Part shown: piece after piece, positions 1 through 10,470 of the stretch
Numbering within the stretch: the first letter of the stretch is position 1
Layout of the letters: each line of letters begins with the position of its first letter
Origin: Lacrimispora sp.
GTDB lineage: Bacteria > Bacillota > Clostridia > Lachnospirales > Lachnospiraceae
Assembly: GCF_036758025.1 (NCBI RefSeq)
Contig: NZ_DAIOXM010000002.1
Location: forward strand, 211,341-275,340
Length of the DNA: 64,000 nucleotides
Direction of reading: 5' to 3'
Position numbers and translations under genes: made by a program
The notes under the pieces: generated by a model
What the model was told of the DNA's origin: nothing
Seen by the model: the letters and a program-made list of their open reading frames with translations, nothing else
Databases searched by the model: none

Positions 1-347
1 TTATTTCAGACTTCCCTATTTTAGGTTATATGAATCGCTCATTAACAATTGTTCAATTAAGTAACTAAAGAATTTTCAATGTTAATAATGATGGTCCTAT
101 ATTGTAGTTTCCTATTATAAATATTACCACTGACCCGTTGAACCTGACGGCATTCAATGACCTATCGGACCATCTGGATTTGCTGTTTCAGCCGATATTC
201 TGAACGCACCAAATACCACCCAGTGACACTTCCATTGTGTCACTGGATGGTATAGGTGATACCTTAATAGTAAAGCACTTTACTCAACCCATATTATAAA
301 GGGCTTACCTTTAAAGCCGGCCCTAATAAAGCACTATTTTTTCAACA

Positions 348-383
348 CAAACGGCATAGCAATGTTGGCTATGCCGTTTTACC
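348..383 (+). terminator. Rho-independent terminator-like hairpin
   Basis: Perfect 10-bp stem ACGGCATAGC / GCTATGCCGT (351-360 / 368-377) with a 7-nt loop, flanked by AAA upstream and TTTT downstream. Confidence 0.45.
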
Positions 384-793
384 GTTAACCTCTTTTACAT
401 TCAGCAGTTCAGTCACAATAAAGTAAGTTCTTTAAATCTCTATAATAAAAATACCGTAATGAATTTATCATTGATAAATAACTCTTCTTTTTATAAAACA
501 TCGTCACCATACTTTGAAATAATAAACTTTTCAATAATCTTATTTCTATTGTATGTACAGCATGTAATCATACATTTATTTCTTAATTTTTCTAGCATAT
601 TCCATTCTTAAAATTATATTGAGAGTATCTTCTCATAAGTCATATAACAGCTAAATAGAAGAACATCCAACCAACCAATTATATTCATAAGAATGTATAC
701 TTCTGCAACGGAAAAAGTCAGTTTAATTCTTTTCGAATATAATACATTAGGCGCTAAATTAACGCTATTAAATAATGTATAGGAGGAAGCTTT

Positions 794-2641
794 ATGCATT
801 TCAAGAAACCTCAAGAAATGAATATATGCGATTGTAGTGATACAAAAAAATGTTCATGTAATAAATGCTCCAATCAAGATACAACTCGTAAGTCCTGCAC
901 ATGTCACTGTTGCCGTTGCATGGGGCCTACTGGACCCACTGGACCTGCTGGACCCACCGGACCTACTGGGCCTACTGGACCCGCTGGTACTCAGGGTGTG
1001 GCCGGGCCTACTGGGCCTACCGGACCCGCTGGCGCTCAGGGTGTAGCTGGGCCTACCGGACCTACTGGACCCGCTGGTGCTCAAGGTGTAGCCGGACCTA
1101 CTGGGCCCACCGGACCTGCTGGTGCTCAGGGTGTAGCCGGACCTACTGGACCCACTGGACCCGCTGGTGCTCAAGGTGTAGCCGGACCTACTGGACCCAC
1201 CGGACCTGCTGGTGCTCAGGGTGTAGCTGGGCCTACCGGACCTACTGGACCCGCTGGCGCTCAGGGTGTAGCTGGGCCTACTGGACCTACCGGACCCGCT
1301 GGCGCTCAAGGTGTGGCCGGACCTACTGGACCTACCGGACCTGCTGGCGCTCAGGGTGTAGCTGGACCTACTGGACCTACTGGACCTACCGGACCTGCTG
1401 GCGCTCAGGGTGTAGCTGGGCCTACCGGGCCTACCGGACCCGCTGGAGCTCAAGGTGTGGTCGGACCTACTGGGCCCGCTGGTGCTCAGGGTGTAGCTGG
1501 GCCTACCGGGCCTACCGGACCTACTGGCGACGAAGGGCCTACCGGACCTACTGGACCTCAGGGACTTATCGGGCCTACTGGACCTACTGGACCTCAGGGA
1601 CTTATCGGGCCTACAGGACCTACCGGACCCGCTGGCGACGAAGGGCCTACCGGACCTACTGGACCACAGGGACTTATCGGGCCTACAGGGCCTACCGGAC
1701 CCGCTGGTGACGAAGGGCCTACAGGACCTACTGGACCACTGGGACTTATCGGACCTACTGGACCTACTGGACCCGCTGGACCTACTGGACCCGCTGGTGA
1801 CGAAGGACCTACCGGACCTACTGGACCACTGGGACTTATCGGACCTACCGGGCCTACCGGACCCGCTGGCGACGAAGGACCTACCGGACCTACTGGACCG
1901 CAGGGACTTATCGGGCCTACTGGGCCTACTGGACCCGCTGGCGATGAAGGTCCTACCGGACCTACTGGACCACAGGGACTTATCGGGCCTACCGGACCTA
2001 CCGGGCCCGCTGGCGACGGAGGACCTACCGGGCCTACTGGACCACAGGGACTTATCGGGCCTACCGGACCCGCTGGCGACGAAGGGCCTACCGGACCTAC
2101 CGGACCTACCGGTCCTGCTGGCAATGGAGCAATTATTCCGTTTGCTTCCGGTACCCCTGTTGCTCCAACAACAATCGCACTTGGCCTTGCAGGCCTGCCT
2201 GCAGTTGTAGCCTTTGGCAACAGCACTGTATTGACAAATCTTCTGGGGGCTACCATTGACTTAACCGGTGCATCCGGGTTGCTGATAAACATGTCCTTCT
2301 CTATGCCTAGAAACGGAACCATTACAAGCATTACAGCATATTTCAGTGTGGTGGTCGGACTGAGCTTACTCGGCACAGACTTAACTGTTCATGCTCAGCT
2401 TTATCAATCAACCACACCTAACAATATATTTTCACCCATCGCCGGGACCAATGTAACCCTCTCACCTAGTTTAGGCGGAGTCATCAGTATTGGAGATATT
2501 GCCACTGGCACACTCTCTGGCTTAAATATTCCGGTATCAACCGGAACAAGGCTTTTGATGGTATTTACTGTCACTGCCAGTGGTCTTGCCCTGGTCAACA
2601 CGCTTACAGGCTATGCCAGCGGCGGCGTTAATATTAATTGA
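794..2641 (+). CDS. Collagen-like triple-helix repeat protein, BclB-related exosporium glycoprotein type
   Basis: AGGAGGAAG RBS before the ATG. Cys-rich N-terminus ([15 protein letters not shown]...CTCHCCRC). About 400 aa of uninterrupted G-X-Y ([15 protein letters not shown]). About 170-aa non-collagen C-terminal domain starting [10 protein letters not shown]. Confidence 0.85.
   Translation: MHFKKPQEMNICDCSDTKKCSCNKCSNQDTTRKSCTCHCCRCMGPTGPTGPAGPTGPTGPTGPAGTQGVAGPTGPTGPAGAQGVAGPTGPTGPAGAQGVAGPTGPTGPAGAQGVAGPTGPTGPAGAQGVAGPTGPTGPAGAQGVAGPTGPTGPAGAQGVAGPTGPTGPAGAQGVAGPTGPTGPAGAQGVAGPTGPTGPTGPAGAQGVAGPTGPTGPAGAQGVVGPTGPAGAQGVAGPTGPTGPTGDEGPTGPTGPQGLIGPTGPTGPQGLIGPTGPTGPAGDEGPTGPTGPQGLIGPTGPTGPAGDEGPTGPTGPLGLIGPTGPTGPAGPTGPAGDEGPTGPTGPLGLIGPTGPTGPAGDEGPTGPTGPQGLIGPTGPTGPAGDEGPTGPTGPQGLIGPTGPTGPAGDGGPTGPTGPQGLIGPTGPAGDEGPTGPTGPTGPAGNGAIIPFASGTPVAPTTIALGLAGLPAVVAFGNSTVLTNLLGATIDLTGASGLLINMSFSMPRNGTITSITAYFSVVVGLSLLGTDLTVHAQLYQSTTPNNIFSPIAGTNVTLSPSLGGVISIGDIATGTLSGLNIPVSTGTRLLMVFTVTASGLALVNTLTGYASGGVNIN
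923..2115 (+). repeat. In-frame tandem repeat block encoding G-X-Y collagen triplets
   Basis: First half has a 45-bp period ([15 protein letters not shown]). Second half has a roughly 72-bp period ([24 protein letters not shown]). The repeats generate long spurious ORFs in other frames. Confidence 0.95.
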
Positions 2642-2808
2642 TACCAATAAAATAAAAGTGCTGCAAACAATGTCTCCATGGTTGAGGCGGCGGTTTCCGG
2701 GCATACTGATCGGTTTACCTTCATTATTATAGTAAACATAGAAGCCCAGCTCCGTCAGAGGCACAAATTTCAAAAGGGCATAGCCACCGGCTATGCCCTT
2801 TTCATAAT

Positions 2809-3714
2809 TCACCCTTTCACTCCGCCTCCGGTAATACCTGCAATGATCTTCTCCGATAAGAATATATAAAGAATAAAGGTAGGTAAAAATACAATGATAA
2901 CAGACGCAAACATACCTGACCAGTCTCCCGTATACTTCATGGAATTGATCATGGAGTAAAGTCCCACCGCAACGGGCCGCACCCTGTCAGAGTTGGCAAA
3001 AATCAGGGAAATGAAATACTCATTCCATATATTGATAAAGTTAAAAATAGTAACCGTTATAATTCCCGACTGAGCCATAGGAAACATGATCAGCCAGAAA
3101 GCCCTCATAGGAGGACAGCCGTCAATAGCCGCCGCTTCCTCATATGCCCTGGAAATGTTAGCAAAAAACGTCAGAAGAAAAATAGTGGTATAAGGAACAT
3201 TGATCCCAACATAGAGGAATATCAGCACCGCCTTATTGGCAATGTAATGATTCAGCACACTCATGCCTGCAATCAGGCTGAACAGGGGAAGCACAATCAT
3301 GACCACCGGAACTCCCATGGCGGATACAAGGCTGGTCTGGATCATTTTATTGCCCATAAAATTAAAACGGGACAAAACGTATGCGGCAGGCGCACAGATC
3401 AAAATGAGCAATGTACAGGAAATAACCGAATACATCAGGGAGTTGAAGAAAATAGAGGATACATTGGAATTGGTCCACGCCTTTATATAATTATCAAAAT
3501 GAATCCCCTGGGAAAGAATATTACCTGAAAAAATCGCCTTTGTCGTGGAAAAACTGGCAGCCACAACCCAGCCCAGCAATACAACCGTAAATAAAATCCA
3601 AATACTAAGGAGCAGATATCCCGGAAAAAGTCTAAGCTCTTTTTTCCAGTTAAACGGCTCCGCAAACGCTCTCTTTTTAGCTATCAATTTCCCCTCCTTA
3701 GAATTCCAGATCAT
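2809..3714 (-). CDS. Carbohydrate ABC transporter permease (MalG/UgpE-like)
   Basis: Multi-TM protein with an EAA-loop-like segment (YEEAAAIDGCPPMRAFWLIMFP). Overlaps the upstream permease by 17 nt. Confidence 0.85.
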   Translation of the reverse strand: MIWNSKEGKLIAKKRAFAEPFNWKKELRLFPGYLLLSIWILFTVVLLGWVVAASFSTTKAIFSGNILSQGIHFDNYIKAWTNSNVSSIFFNSLMYSVISCTLLILICAPAAYVLSRFNFMGNKMIQTSLVSAMGVPVVMIVLPLFSLIAGMSVLNHYIANKAVLIFLYVGINVPYTTIFLLTFFANISRAYEEAAAIDGCPPMRAFWLIMFPMAQSGIITVTIFNFINIWNEYFISLIFANSDRVRPVAVGLYSMINSMKYTGDWSGMFASVIIVFLPTFILYIFLSEKIIAGITGGGVKG

Positions 3715-4603
3715 CGTCTTTTATCAGCTTATTGCATATCATAAAGACGGCCACAACACAGATGCTTAAGAGCACGCCAATGGCCGCCCCCAAACCTGCA
3801 TTTCGTTCCGTCATGCTGTTGCCCGCCCCAAAAATCATCATATACATATAAACCATGGGAGTAATGGTCTGGGTATCCGCCGTAACCGTTGAAAATAACT
3901 GGGACCAGACAAAGAATCCCACAGAGGTGACGCTCCACATGGTGATATTGGTTTTAAACACACCTTTTAAAAGGGGAAATGTGATATAACGGAACTGATT
4001 CAGCTTATTTGCCCCATCGAGAGTAGCCGCCTCATAATAATCCTCACCGATCCTCTCAATTCCGCTGGCAAATATCAGCATATGGTATCCCACCATACCG
4101 AAGCAGTAAGCAATGAGAAGGGCCATGAACTTATGGTCATTATCAAGCCATTGGACCTTGGCTAAATGCTTAAGCCCCAGGGCAGTAAACACATCCTTTA
4201 AAAGCCCGAACTTGGGACTGTACACATACTGAAGCCACATGGTCGCAAGAGCAACCGCACTGACTACGTTGGGAAGGTAGATCATCGCCCTGAAAAAGCT
4301 TTTAAAGCGTATTCCGCTGGTAATGATGACCGCAAACAAAAGAGCCAGAGACATGACACCCAAACCGCCTATGAGCCAGATGCGGAACAGATTCCACATA
4401 GATATGCGGAATAAGCTGGTTTCAGCCAGCTTCTGGTAATTGGCAAGTCCGGTGAATTGCCACTTTGCCATAGAATCCGTAATTCCCTCGATTTTGAAAA
4501 AGCTCATTAAAATTGTCCTGAGAATGGGATAAAGGAATACAAGGACAAACATTAGGACTGCCGGTGTCAGAAATACGGCAATCATGGTCTTATTCTTCTT
4601 CAC
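3698..4603 (-). CDS. Carbohydrate ABC transporter permease (MalF/UgpA-like)
   Basis: Multi-TM protein with the motif YYEAATLDGANKLNQFRYITFPLL. GTG start preceded by GGGGAGG. Confidence 0.85.
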   Translation of the reverse strand: MKKNKTMIAVFLTPAVLMFVLVFLYPILRTILMSFFKIEGITDSMAKWQFTGLANYQKLAETSLFRISMWNLFRIWLIGGLGVMSLALLFAVIITSGIRFKSFFRAMIYLPNVVSAVALATMWLQYVYSPKFGLLKDVFTALGLKHLAKVQWLDNDHKFMALLIAYCFGMVGYHMLIFASGIERIGEDYYEAATLDGANKLNQFRYITFPLLKGVFKTNITMWSVTSVGFFVWSQLFSTVTADTQTITPMVYMYMMIFGAGNSMTERNAGLGAAIGVLLSICVVAVFMICNKLIKDDDLEF

Positions 4604-4686
4604 GTTAAAATACCTCCCCGGCTTTCCTTAATTGCATGGTGGCACCGTCAAAACGGTGCCACCATATAGAATCTTATTGATCCGGA

Positions 4687-5988
4687 TTATTTGCCCGCTG
4701 CTGTAAGAGCGTCTACGAATTCTGCTGCAGTCATGGAGCCGCCGCAAAGCTTCATAAAGTTCTCTTTGATGATGGGGGTCAAATCTGCATTGGCCTCTGC
4801 TCCGGCTGCCCATGGATACCGTACGCTTAAGCTGTCCATAACAGGTTTTACGCTGGCAAGCTGTGCCGGCCATTCTGCATTTCTGGAATCTGCCGGAATG
4901 CCCATTGACAATTCAGACATCTTCTTGTCAAATTCACCCTGGGTAATATACTCAATCAGCTTAAATGCGTTTTTACCGTTTTTGGAATTCTTATTGATTG
5001 CAAGAACCTGGGCGCCGTAGTTGGCAGCATTGGTTCCGTCTTTTCCGCCTTCCACTGCGGGATAGCTGAAGCAGCCCCATTTAAAGTCTTCTCCGGCCAT
5101 ATCCTTTACTTCATTGGGAAGCCAGGAACCATTTAAGTACATAGCCGCTGTTCCCATTGCAAGCTCCTGATTCTGACCTGAGGGCCATACATTGGAAGCG
5201 ATTGTTTCTGAAAAATATCCTTTTTGTGCAAAGCTTTCATAAGCCTGGGCAGTCTTAAGGACTGCGGGGTCATCCCATTTACCTTCTTTTACAACAACTT
5301 CTGTCTCCGGCTCACCAATCAGCCTGGACATGTGGTAACCGAACATGGAAACAATGTAAGCATCGTCGCAGGTAATAGGTGTATAGCCTGCATCTTTGAT
5401 CTTCTGGCATGCTGCGTCCAGCTCTTCCCAGGTCTTTGGCACTTCCGTAATTCCTGCCTCGTCAAAAATGGTCTGGTTATAGAAAAATGCAAATACATTG
5501 GGCTGGTAAGGAATGGACTTTAAGGTTCCCCCTCCCACTTCCCGGCAGGCTGACATCAGCCCTGCATTGGCGTTGGCCTCATATCCGGAAGCCTTTGCCA
5601 TTTCCTCTAAATCCATTAAGTACTGGCCCCACGTTGTATTTACGCGGTCAATATCCTCATCAAACAAGTCGATGTTGGTTCCGGCGTCCAAAGCAGGCTG
5701 TAGGCCTTCCCGGATTCCCGTACGTCCCTTAAACTGAACGTCAACCTTAACTCCTGTATCTGCTGTAAATTTTTCAATTGCCATCTGGATTGCCTGGCCC
5801 TGAGGCTCTGTTGACTCCCACATGGACCAGTAAACAAGTCCTTCTCCGCCTCCTGCAGCCGCTGATGTTTCCTTTCCTCCGTCAGAAGAAGCTGTTGTAG
5901 CCGGTGCGGAAGCCCCTCCTGAGCAGCCCGCCAAAAGACTGCCCACCATTACTGCACTCAGCGCAACACCCCAAAAACGTTTTTTCAT
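4687..5988 (-). CDS. Extracellular sugar-binding lipoprotein of an ABC importer
   Basis: Signal peptide with an LAGC lipobox, a Ser/Gly/Ala linker, and family-1 solute-binding-protein length (433 aa). AGGGAGG RBS. Confidence 0.85.
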   Translation of the reverse strand: MKKRFWGVALSAVMVGSLLAGCSGGASAPATTASSDGGKETSAAAGGGEGLVYWSMWESTEPQGQAIQMAIEKFTADTGVKVDVQFKGRTGIREGLQPALDAGTNIDLFDEDIDRVNTTWGQYLMDLEEMAKASGYEANANAGLMSACREVGGGTLKSIPYQPNVFAFFYNQTIFDEAGITEVPKTWEELDAACQKIKDAGYTPITCDDAYIVSMFGYHMSRLIGEPETEVVVKEGKWDDPAVLKTAQAYESFAQKGYFSETIASNVWPSGQNQELAMGTAAMYLNGSWLPNEVKDMAGEDFKWGCFSYPAVEGGKDGTNAANYGAQVLAINKNSKNGKNAFKLIEYITQGEFDKKMSELSMGIPADSRNAEWPAQLASVKPVMDSLSVRYPWAAGAEANADLTPIIKENFMKLCGGSMTAAEFVDALTAAGK

Positions 5989-6222
5989 ATTTCTACCTCC
6001 CTGTTGTTATCCGGCTTTTCTGCCAGATGTCTTGTTAAATCTATATTATTACACTTTTGGGTAAAATGCTTTGTACAAAAGGTCATCCTTTTTTACATTT
6101 TAGGCTTTTATCATTCGCTTTTTTCATAATAAGAAGTTAAAATATAAACAAATCTTATACTACATGCACAATATCATTTTATAATTGGAAAAGGATTGAA
6201 TTGGAAAGACCAGGGGGAATAT

Positions 6223-7131
6223 ATGAAGTATAAGTATATAGAATTGACAGAAGAGCTGACCATACACCGGATTGTCAGCATCCATTATTTTGAATATATG
6301 AGCGATTTCACCTTTGCAGGAGAATCTCATAACTTTTGGGAATTACTCTGTGTGGATAAAGGAGAAGTGGATGTTGTTGCCGATCATGATCGGATGACCC
6401 TTCAAAAAGGGGAGGTTATTTTTCATCAGCCAAATGAGTTTCACCGGGTTCTGGCTAATGGGGTCATCGCACCCAATCTGGTGGTCATTGGGTTTGAATG
6501 CCAGTCACCCCACATGGCATCTTTTAAGGAAAAGGTTCTGAAGGTGGGGCTTGAGGAACAGGAGCTTCTGGCCCGGATCATTGCAGAAGCCCGGTTGGGC
6601 TTTAACGGAAGGCTTGACAATCCTTATCAGGAGGTTCTGGTACGTAAGGACCATGGGCCTTTTGGGGCGGAACAGATGATAAAAATTTATCTGGAGCAGT
6701 TCCTGATACAAATGTATCGCCGTTCCCTTCCCGCCCGGCAGGCGCCTCTTGTTTATAAGAAAACGCCTTCCGCAGAAGATGTTTATGAAACCATTCTCTA
6801 TTATTTTGAAAAGAATATTTGTGTTCAGCTGACCATTGACCAGATCAGCCGGGATAATTTAATCAGTACCTCCCAGTTGAAAAAGCTTTTCTGCGAGAAA
6901 GCAGGCACCGGGGTCATTGAATACTTTAACAGCATGAAAATAGATGCGGCCAAGCAGCTCATTCGGAACCGGCAGCTTAATTTCACTCAGATTGCCAATC
7001 ATTTGGGATACACTTCGGTTCACTATTTTTCCAGACAATTCAAACATTTGACAGGGATGACTCCTTCGGAGTATGCCACCTCCATTAAAAAGCTGTCTGA
7101 TAAAAACTTACTAAGGGAAACAGAAGCCTGA
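6223..7131 (+). CDS. AraC-family transcriptional regulator (cupin-like N-domain plus HTH_18)
   Basis: C-terminal AraC signature IANHLGYTSVHYFSRQFKHLTGMTPSEY. The ATG at 6223 follows AGGGGGA; the tracked ORF begins at an upstream TTG. Confidence 0.85.
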   Translation: MKYKYIELTEELTIHRIVSIHYFEYMSDFTFAGESHNFWELLCVDKGEVDVVADHDRMTLQKGEVIFHQPNEFHRVLANGVIAPNLVVIGFECQSPHMASFKEKVLKVGLEEQELLARIIAEARLGFNGRLDNPYQEVLVRKDHGPFGAEQMIKIYLEQFLIQMYRRSLPARQAPLVYKKTPSAEDVYETILYYFEKNICVQLTIDQISRDNLISTSQLKKLFCEKAGTGVIEYFNSMKIDAAKQLIRNRQLNFTQIANHLGYTSVHYFSRQFKHLTGMTPSEYATSIKKLSDKNLLRETEA

Positions 7132-7149
7132 GGTCAGCTTCTGTCTCCC
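7115..7149. terminator. Bidirectional terminator hairpin between convergent araC-like and galE genes
   Basis: GGGAAACAGAAGC / GCTTCTGTCTCCC arms (one mismatch). Followed by a T-rich run on the plus strand. Confidence 0.45.
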
Positions 7150-7159
7150 TCAGGCTTCT

Positions 7160-8176
7160 TTATTTGTATCCGTTTGGATTTTTAGACTGCCATCTCCAGG
7201 AATCCTGGCACATTTCATCAATGCCGTGCTCTGCTTCCCAGCCAAGCTCTTTTTTTGCCAGAGCCGCATCTGCATAGCACTCTGCAATATCGCCGGGACG
7301 GCGGGGTTTGATGGAGTAGGGGATGGGCTTTCCGCATGCTTTTGAAAAAGCTTCGATCATCTGAAGCACGCTGAATCCCTGTCCTGTTCCCAGGTTGTAA
7401 ACCCGGACCAGAGACTCTGAGGATGTCATTTTTTCAAGAGCCTTTACATGGCCGACGGCTAAGTCCACCACATGAATATAGTCCCGGACACCGGTTCCGT
7501 CAGGAGTATCGTAATCGTCTCCAAATACTCCCACTTCCTTTAACTTGCCCACTGCAACCTGAGTGATGTAAGGAGTCAGGTTATTGGGAATTCCGGCAGG
7601 ATCTTCTCCGATAAGGCCGCTCTTATGAGCTCCTACCGGATTGAAGTAGCGGAGAATGGTCACATTCCACTCAGAATCTGCAGTATGAAGGTCTGTAAGA
7701 ATCTGCTCCAGCATGCTTTTTGTCTGTCCGTAAGGATTGGTAATGACTCCCTTGGGGCATTCCTCTGTAATGGGTACAAAAGCAGGATCTCCGTATACGG
7801 TGGCGGAGGAACTGAATATGATGTTTTTCACCCCGTGATCTCTCATGACATCGCACAGAATCAAGGTTCCGGTAATATTGTTGTGATAATATTCCAGGGG
7901 CTTGGAAACAGATTCTCCCACAGCTTTTAATCCGGCAAAATGAATGACAGCGTCAATCTCTTCGCATCCGAATATCTTATCCAGCGCAGCTTTATCCAGA
8001 AGGTCCGCCTCATAGAAAGTTACAGTCTTTCCGGTAATAGCTTCCACTCTCTCTAAGGAAACCTTAGAAGAATTGCAAAGATTATCTACCACCACAACCT
8101 CATGGCCCTGCTCCAAAAGTTCAATGCATGTGTGGCTGCCGATATATCCGGCACCTCCGGTTACTAATATTCTCAT
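7160..8176 (-). CDS. galE: UDP-glucose (or UDP-HexNAc) 4-epimerase
   Basis: MRILVTGGAGYIGSH Rossmann motif, YGQTK catalytic motif, 338-aa length. The ATG at 8176 is preceded by GGAGAGAGGAG. Confidence 0.9.
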   Translation of the reverse strand: MRILVTGGAGYIGSHTCIELLEQGHEVVVVDNLCNSSKVSLERVEAITGKTVTFYEADLLDKAALDKIFGCEEIDAVIHFAGLKAVGESVSKPLEYYHNNITGTLILCDVMRDHGVKNIIFSSSATVYGDPAFVPITEECPKGVITNPYGQTKSMLEQILTDLHTADSEWNVTILRYFNPVGAHKSGLIGEDPAGIPNNLTPYITQVAVGKLKEVGVFGDDYDTPDGTGVRDYIHVVDLAVGHVKALEKMTSSESLVRVYNLGTGQGFSVLQMIEAFSKACGKPIPYSIKPRRPGDIAECYADAALAKKELGWEAEHGIDEMCQDSWRWQSKNPNGYK

Positions 8177-8265
8177 ATATTCTCCTCTCTCCCAGGTATC
8201 CTTCATTTCCTTGAGTCAAACCCAGGTGCAACATGAATTTTATCAATCAGCCGTATGGCAGGCAG

Positions 8266-9393
8266 TTAAGCGAACCCGGCTTCTTTATCACATTTAAGAA
8301 CGATTTCTTCCATCTCTTTCCACTTCTTTTCCATGTCAGCCACAAGCGCAAGCTGGGTTCTGGCACGGTCCAGATTGTGGTTTTCCCTGCTGATATGGAA
8401 ATAAGTATCTCCCTGAAGGAAATCCGTTAAAAAGCGGGTACCGCACTCAAAGGTCATCAGCTTTGCTCCCATGGGAAGCATCCTTTTTTCCTCCGGCGTC
8501 AGACTTCCCCGGCAGCCTTCTATATATCCTTTGGTGTATATTTCAAACAAAGGAAGGGATAAGGATACCTTGCTCACATCAGGCTCATCTTCATCTGCCG
8601 TATTGGCTCCGAAGCGGATGGAATCCCCGAAATCAAAGATGGACAGTCCCGGCATAATGGTATCTAAATCAACCACGCACAAAGCTTCTCCTGTTGCATC
8701 GTCAATCATGATGTTATTGAGCTTGGTGTCATTGTGGGTAACGCAGAGAGAAAGCCTTCCATCTTTTAACATGTCCATGACAACAGACGCTTCTTTCTCC
8801 CGGTCGAGAATAAACTTTATTTCCTTCTCAACCAGATGGGCACGTCCGCAGACATCAGCTTTTACAGCTTCCTTAAAAGTCTCTAAGCGAACAGGGGTGT
8901 TATGGAAATTAGGGATGGTTTCTGCCAGCTCATCTGCCGGATATTCCGCCAGTAACCCCTTAAACCGTCCAAATGCCTTTCCGCTTTGGTAAAAGTCCTG
9001 GGGATCTCTCACCTTGTCATAGGTGGTGGCCTTGTCTATAAATATATAGCCTCTCCAGTAATTTCCCTCACTGTCCCGGCAGTAACCCTTTCCGTCTTTT
9101 GCCTTGATCACATTTAAGGTTTCCCGCTCCGGGTCGCCGCCTTGGGCTTCTATCCGCTCCCTTAAAAATGAAGTGACTCCTTCAATATTTCCCATAAGAG
9201 ACACCGGGTCCTTAAATACCTCGTGATTGATTCTCTGTAAAATATAGTGTTTTTCCTTTTCTTCTGTCCTGCAGATCAGGCGGAAGGTATCGTTAATATG
9301 GCCGCTTCCATAGCGCTCCCAGGAAACCGGCTCTCCTTCAAAGGCCAGAAGTCCAATGGCCTCTCTGATCTTTGTGCACTGTGCGTCTCCCAT
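8266..9393 (-). CDS. nahK: N-acetylhexosamine 1-kinase (NahK/LnpB-like, APH-fold anomeric sugar kinase)
   Basis: Long stretches recalled from Bifidobacterium NahK (VTHNDTKLNNIM, DLDTIMPG, FDFGDSIRFGA, ECGTRFLTD). The likely start at 9393 overlaps the upstream stop as TAATG and has GGGAGG 7 nt upstream. Confidence 0.8.
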   Translation of the reverse strand: MGDAQCTKIREAIGLLAFEGEPVSWERYGSGHINDTFRLICRTEEKEKHYILQRINHEVFKDPVSLMGNIEGVTSFLRERIEAQGGDPERETLNVIKAKDGKGYCRDSEGNYWRGYIFIDKATTYDKVRDPQDFYQSGKAFGRFKGLLAEYPADELAETIPNFHNTPVRLETFKEAVKADVCGRAHLVEKEIKFILDREKEASVVMDMLKDGRLSLCVTHNDTKLNNIMIDDATGEALCVVDLDTIMPGLSIFDFGDSIRFGANTADEDEPDVSKVSLSLPLFEIYTKGYIEGCRGSLTPEEKRMLPMGAKLMTFECGTRFLTDFLQGDTYFHISRENHNLDRARTQLALVADMEKKWKEMEEIVLKCDKEAGFA

Positions 9394-10322
9394 TACATTT
9401 CCTCCCATAGCCTTTCCGGATACAGACCGTCATCTTTCAGTTTCTGGATGGCATTTACTACTGTATCTTTATCTTCCTTATAGGTGACTCCGTACCAGCG
9501 GTCCACGCTTTTTAACACGGAAACCTCTGCCTTGTCTTCCTTTAACAGCTCATCCACCACAAATGGAAGGAAGTATTCGCACTTCATGGGATTCTTAGGA
9601 AGTTCCCTGTCTAAAAATGCGGCAAACCGTTCCTCAAGCTCTTTTAAAATGCTGCCTGTAAAGCCCCACATATTCATGGATACAATGGTGCCATCTCCCA
9701 GGCCAATCCAGGTTTTTCCGCCGTCTTCCGTATACTCTGCCTGATCTCCGTGTTTTTCTATTCTGGTCCGCTCATGAATGTCCACAAGCTTTCCGGCATC
9801 GTCTGTAGTGCACACGCCTCTCGCCACATGGCCGTTTTCCGTCAGGGTGTTGTAAAGCTGGTAACCTACCATGGTGTACTGGTATTTTTCCCCGTCGGAA
9901 ACGCTGTTTAACTGGTTATATATAGAAGAAAAGGCACTTCTGCCGTAATAATCATCTGCATTGATCACAGCAAAGGGTCCGTCTATCATATCCTTGCAGC
10001 ATAAGATAGCATGGCCTGTTCCCCATGGCTTTTCCCTTCCTTCAGGAACCTTGTATCCTTCCGGAAGCTCATCAAGCTCCTGATACACATACTCCACCTG
10101 GACATAGTCTGCCAGGCGATATCCGATTTGCTCTTTAAATTCCTTTTCAATGCTCTTTTTAATAATAAAGACAATCTTTTCAAATCCTGCCCGGACTGCA
10201 TCGAAGACAGAAAAATCAATGATCTTATTTCCATAAGCATCCACAGGGTCAATCTGCTTTAAGCCTCCGTAGCGGCTTCCCATGCCTGCTGCCATAATTA
10301 CCAGAACCGGCTTCTTGTTCAT
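9393..10322 (-). CDS. Sugar-1-phosphate nucleotidyltransferase (NTP_transferase fold)
   Basis: N-terminal LVIMAAGMGSRYGGLKQ signature and WGTGHA motif. Translationally coupled to nahK. CAGGAGG RBS. Confidence 0.75.
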   Translation of the reverse strand: MNKKPVLVIMAAGMGSRYGGLKQIDPVDAYGNKIIDFSVFDAVRAGFEKIVFIIKKSIEKEFKEQIGYRLADYVQVEYVYQELDELPEGYKVPEGREKPWGTGHAILCCKDMIDGPFAVINADDYYGRSAFSSIYNQLNSVSDGEKYQYTMVGYQLYNTLTENGHVARGVCTTDDAGKLVDIHERTRIEKHGDQAEYTEDGGKTWIGLGDGTIVSMNMWGFTGSILKELEERFAAFLDRELPKNPMKCEYFLPFVVDELLKEDKAEVSVLKSVDRWYGVTYKEDKDTVVNAIQKLKDDGLYPERLWEEM

Positions 10323-10379
10323 TGCTGTTACCTCCTGTTTTTAACTATCCTCAGTATAGTGAATGTAGGCAAAAAGATA

Positions 10380-10411
10380 TTTGCACTATCTATTATTTAA
10401 TTTGTACTATC
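10380..10411. promoter_or_regulatory. Candidate AraC operator: direct repeat TTTG(C/T)ACTATC twice, 21 bp apart
   Basis: TTTGCACTATC at 10380-10390 and TTTGTACTATC at 10401-10411, in the divergent region between the nucleotidyltransferase operon and the second AraC gene. Confidence 0.3.
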
Positions 10412-10470
10412 GTATTCTTCTTCCCATTTTTTCAAAGAATATGATATACTGTCACCGAAAGGAGATTTCC

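Noticed and set aside
220-246. 10-15-bp hairpin (CCAGTGACAC ttccatt GTGTCACTGG) and a short coding-like frame (…PLNLTAFNDLSDHLDLLFQPIF-stop) in the 5' non-coding region. Considered as an ncRNA or a gene remnant.
   Set aside because: No T-tract, no recognisable RNA-family core, and the frame has no start and is about 29 codons long. There is insufficient evidence for either call.
614-814. 66-aa minus-strand ORF overlapping the start of the collagen-like gene.
   Set aside because: AT-rich with no RBS. It overlaps the RBS and start of a well-supported gene, and its product has no recognisable features.
923-2115. Possible CRISPR-like array, because of the highly regular short repeats.
   Set aside because: The repeats are contiguous with no unique spacers, keep one reading frame, and encode G-X-Y collagen triplets. 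No cas genes are present.
837-2376. Five long ORFs overlapping the collagen-like gene in other frames or on the opposite strand (837..1046, 854..1453, 901..1710, 1594..2376, 1707..2210).
   Set aside because: They are by-products of the stop-free GGN-CCN-ACN tandem repeat. Their products are low-complexity (SGRS, WTYR, LLDL repeats), and they have no RBS and no independent signal.
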